NCBI GenBank assembly: GCA_022813865.1
Contig: JALDZX010000013.1
Span: 1 to 64,000, forward strand
Direction: 5' to 3'
DNA from: Xylographa opegraphella
Taxonomy: Eukaryota
Length of the DNA stretch: 64,000 nt
Each line of letters begins with the position of its first letter. Position 1 is the stretch's first letter. Of the stretch, positions 63,368 to 64,000 are shown in pieces. The translations under genes were made by a program, and so were the position numbers. Below the pieces are notes generated by a model. The model was not told where the DNA came from. It saw only the letters and a list, made by a program, of their open reading frames with translations, and searched no databases.

Positions 63368-64000
63368 ATGCCTACCGAGCGCCTCCCTCCAGCCCAGCCA
63401 GCCTACGTCCTGCGAGGCCATATATCCCAAGTTCACGCCTTGTGTTTCGCCCACAGCAACAGCAGGCTTTTCACAGGAGATGCTGACGGCTGGGTTGTTT
63501 CTTGGAGTCTTGCTTACAAACGCCCAACTGTTGTCTGGCGAGCCCACGATAGCACCATCTTAGGACTCTCGGTGTGGGGTACGGATCGGATCATCACGTA
63601 AGTCTCTTCCCAATTCTATACCGGAAATTCGAAGCTTAACACCGCCGGTTTGGTTAGGCATGGTCGAGATAGCAAGCTTCTGGTCTGGAAGCTTGCGATT
63701 GCAGACGAGGAAAATCTAGATAAAATTCTACCAGTCGACAACGCTCAAGACAACGCTCAAGACAACGCTCAAGACAACGCTCAAGACAACGCTCAAGACA
63801 ACGCTCAAGTCAACTGCAAGAGACCAGAGATAATCCATAGCCTAACTGTCAATACTCTGAATTTCTGCTCATTCGCATGGTGCAAGGACGATCACGACAA
63901 CACCGTTCTGCAAATTGCGTCAAAGGAAACAGGCTCCCCTTATCCTATCTTCATAGCCGTGCCAAGCATCCTTGACTCTGACGGCGTACGTCTAACCCTA
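63368..64000 (+). CDS. ASA1: WD40 protein Asa1 (ASTRA-associated protein 1), truncated by window end
   Basis: PAQPAYVLRGH, LFTGDADGWVVSW..KRPTVVWRAH, DRIIT|HGRDSKLLVW, HSLTVNTLNFCSFA. Confidence 0.85.
63737..63808 (+). repeat. Perfect 12-bp tandem repeat (GACAACGCTCAA)x6 encoding (DNAQ)6 inside ASA1
   Basis: Read directly; in frame with exon 2. Confidence 0.92.

Noticed and set aside
63737..63808. Repeat considered as CRISPR-like
   Set aside because: No spacers, eukaryotic context, in-frame coding minisatellite.

Overview
Intron-containing fungal (Pezizomycotina-type ascomycete) DNA. Housekeeping genes flank the window: PAT1, a KRE2/MNT1 mannosyltransferase and mitochondrial RPS12 on the left; a class-I glutamine amidotransferase, SHE9, a HAD phosphatase, a Zn2Cys6 factor and ASA1 on the right. 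Between them lies a roughly 48 kb accessory block with three main parts. (1) A probable secondary-metabolite cluster around a highly reducing PKS (KS-AT-DH-cMT-ER-KR-ACP) ending in a carnitine-acyltransferase-like domain. Its neighbours are an FAD monooxygenase, an MFS pump, two rhodopsin-domain/PTH11-like proteins, a secreted isochorismatase-family hydrolase, an unknown two-TM glycoprotein and a P450 with a non-canonical I-helix. (2) A Ppo/linoleate-diol-synthase-like dioxygenase whose P450 half has lost the heme cysteine, followed by a likely pseudogene and a small secreted protein. (3) A head-to-head pair: a Zn(II)2Cys6-ankyrin fusion (the zinc cluster appears only after splicing) and a fungal NLR (short hydrophobic N-terminal helix, alpha/beta-hydrolase, NACHT, ankyrin). 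Gene models were spliced by eye, so exon boundaries and some starts are approximate.
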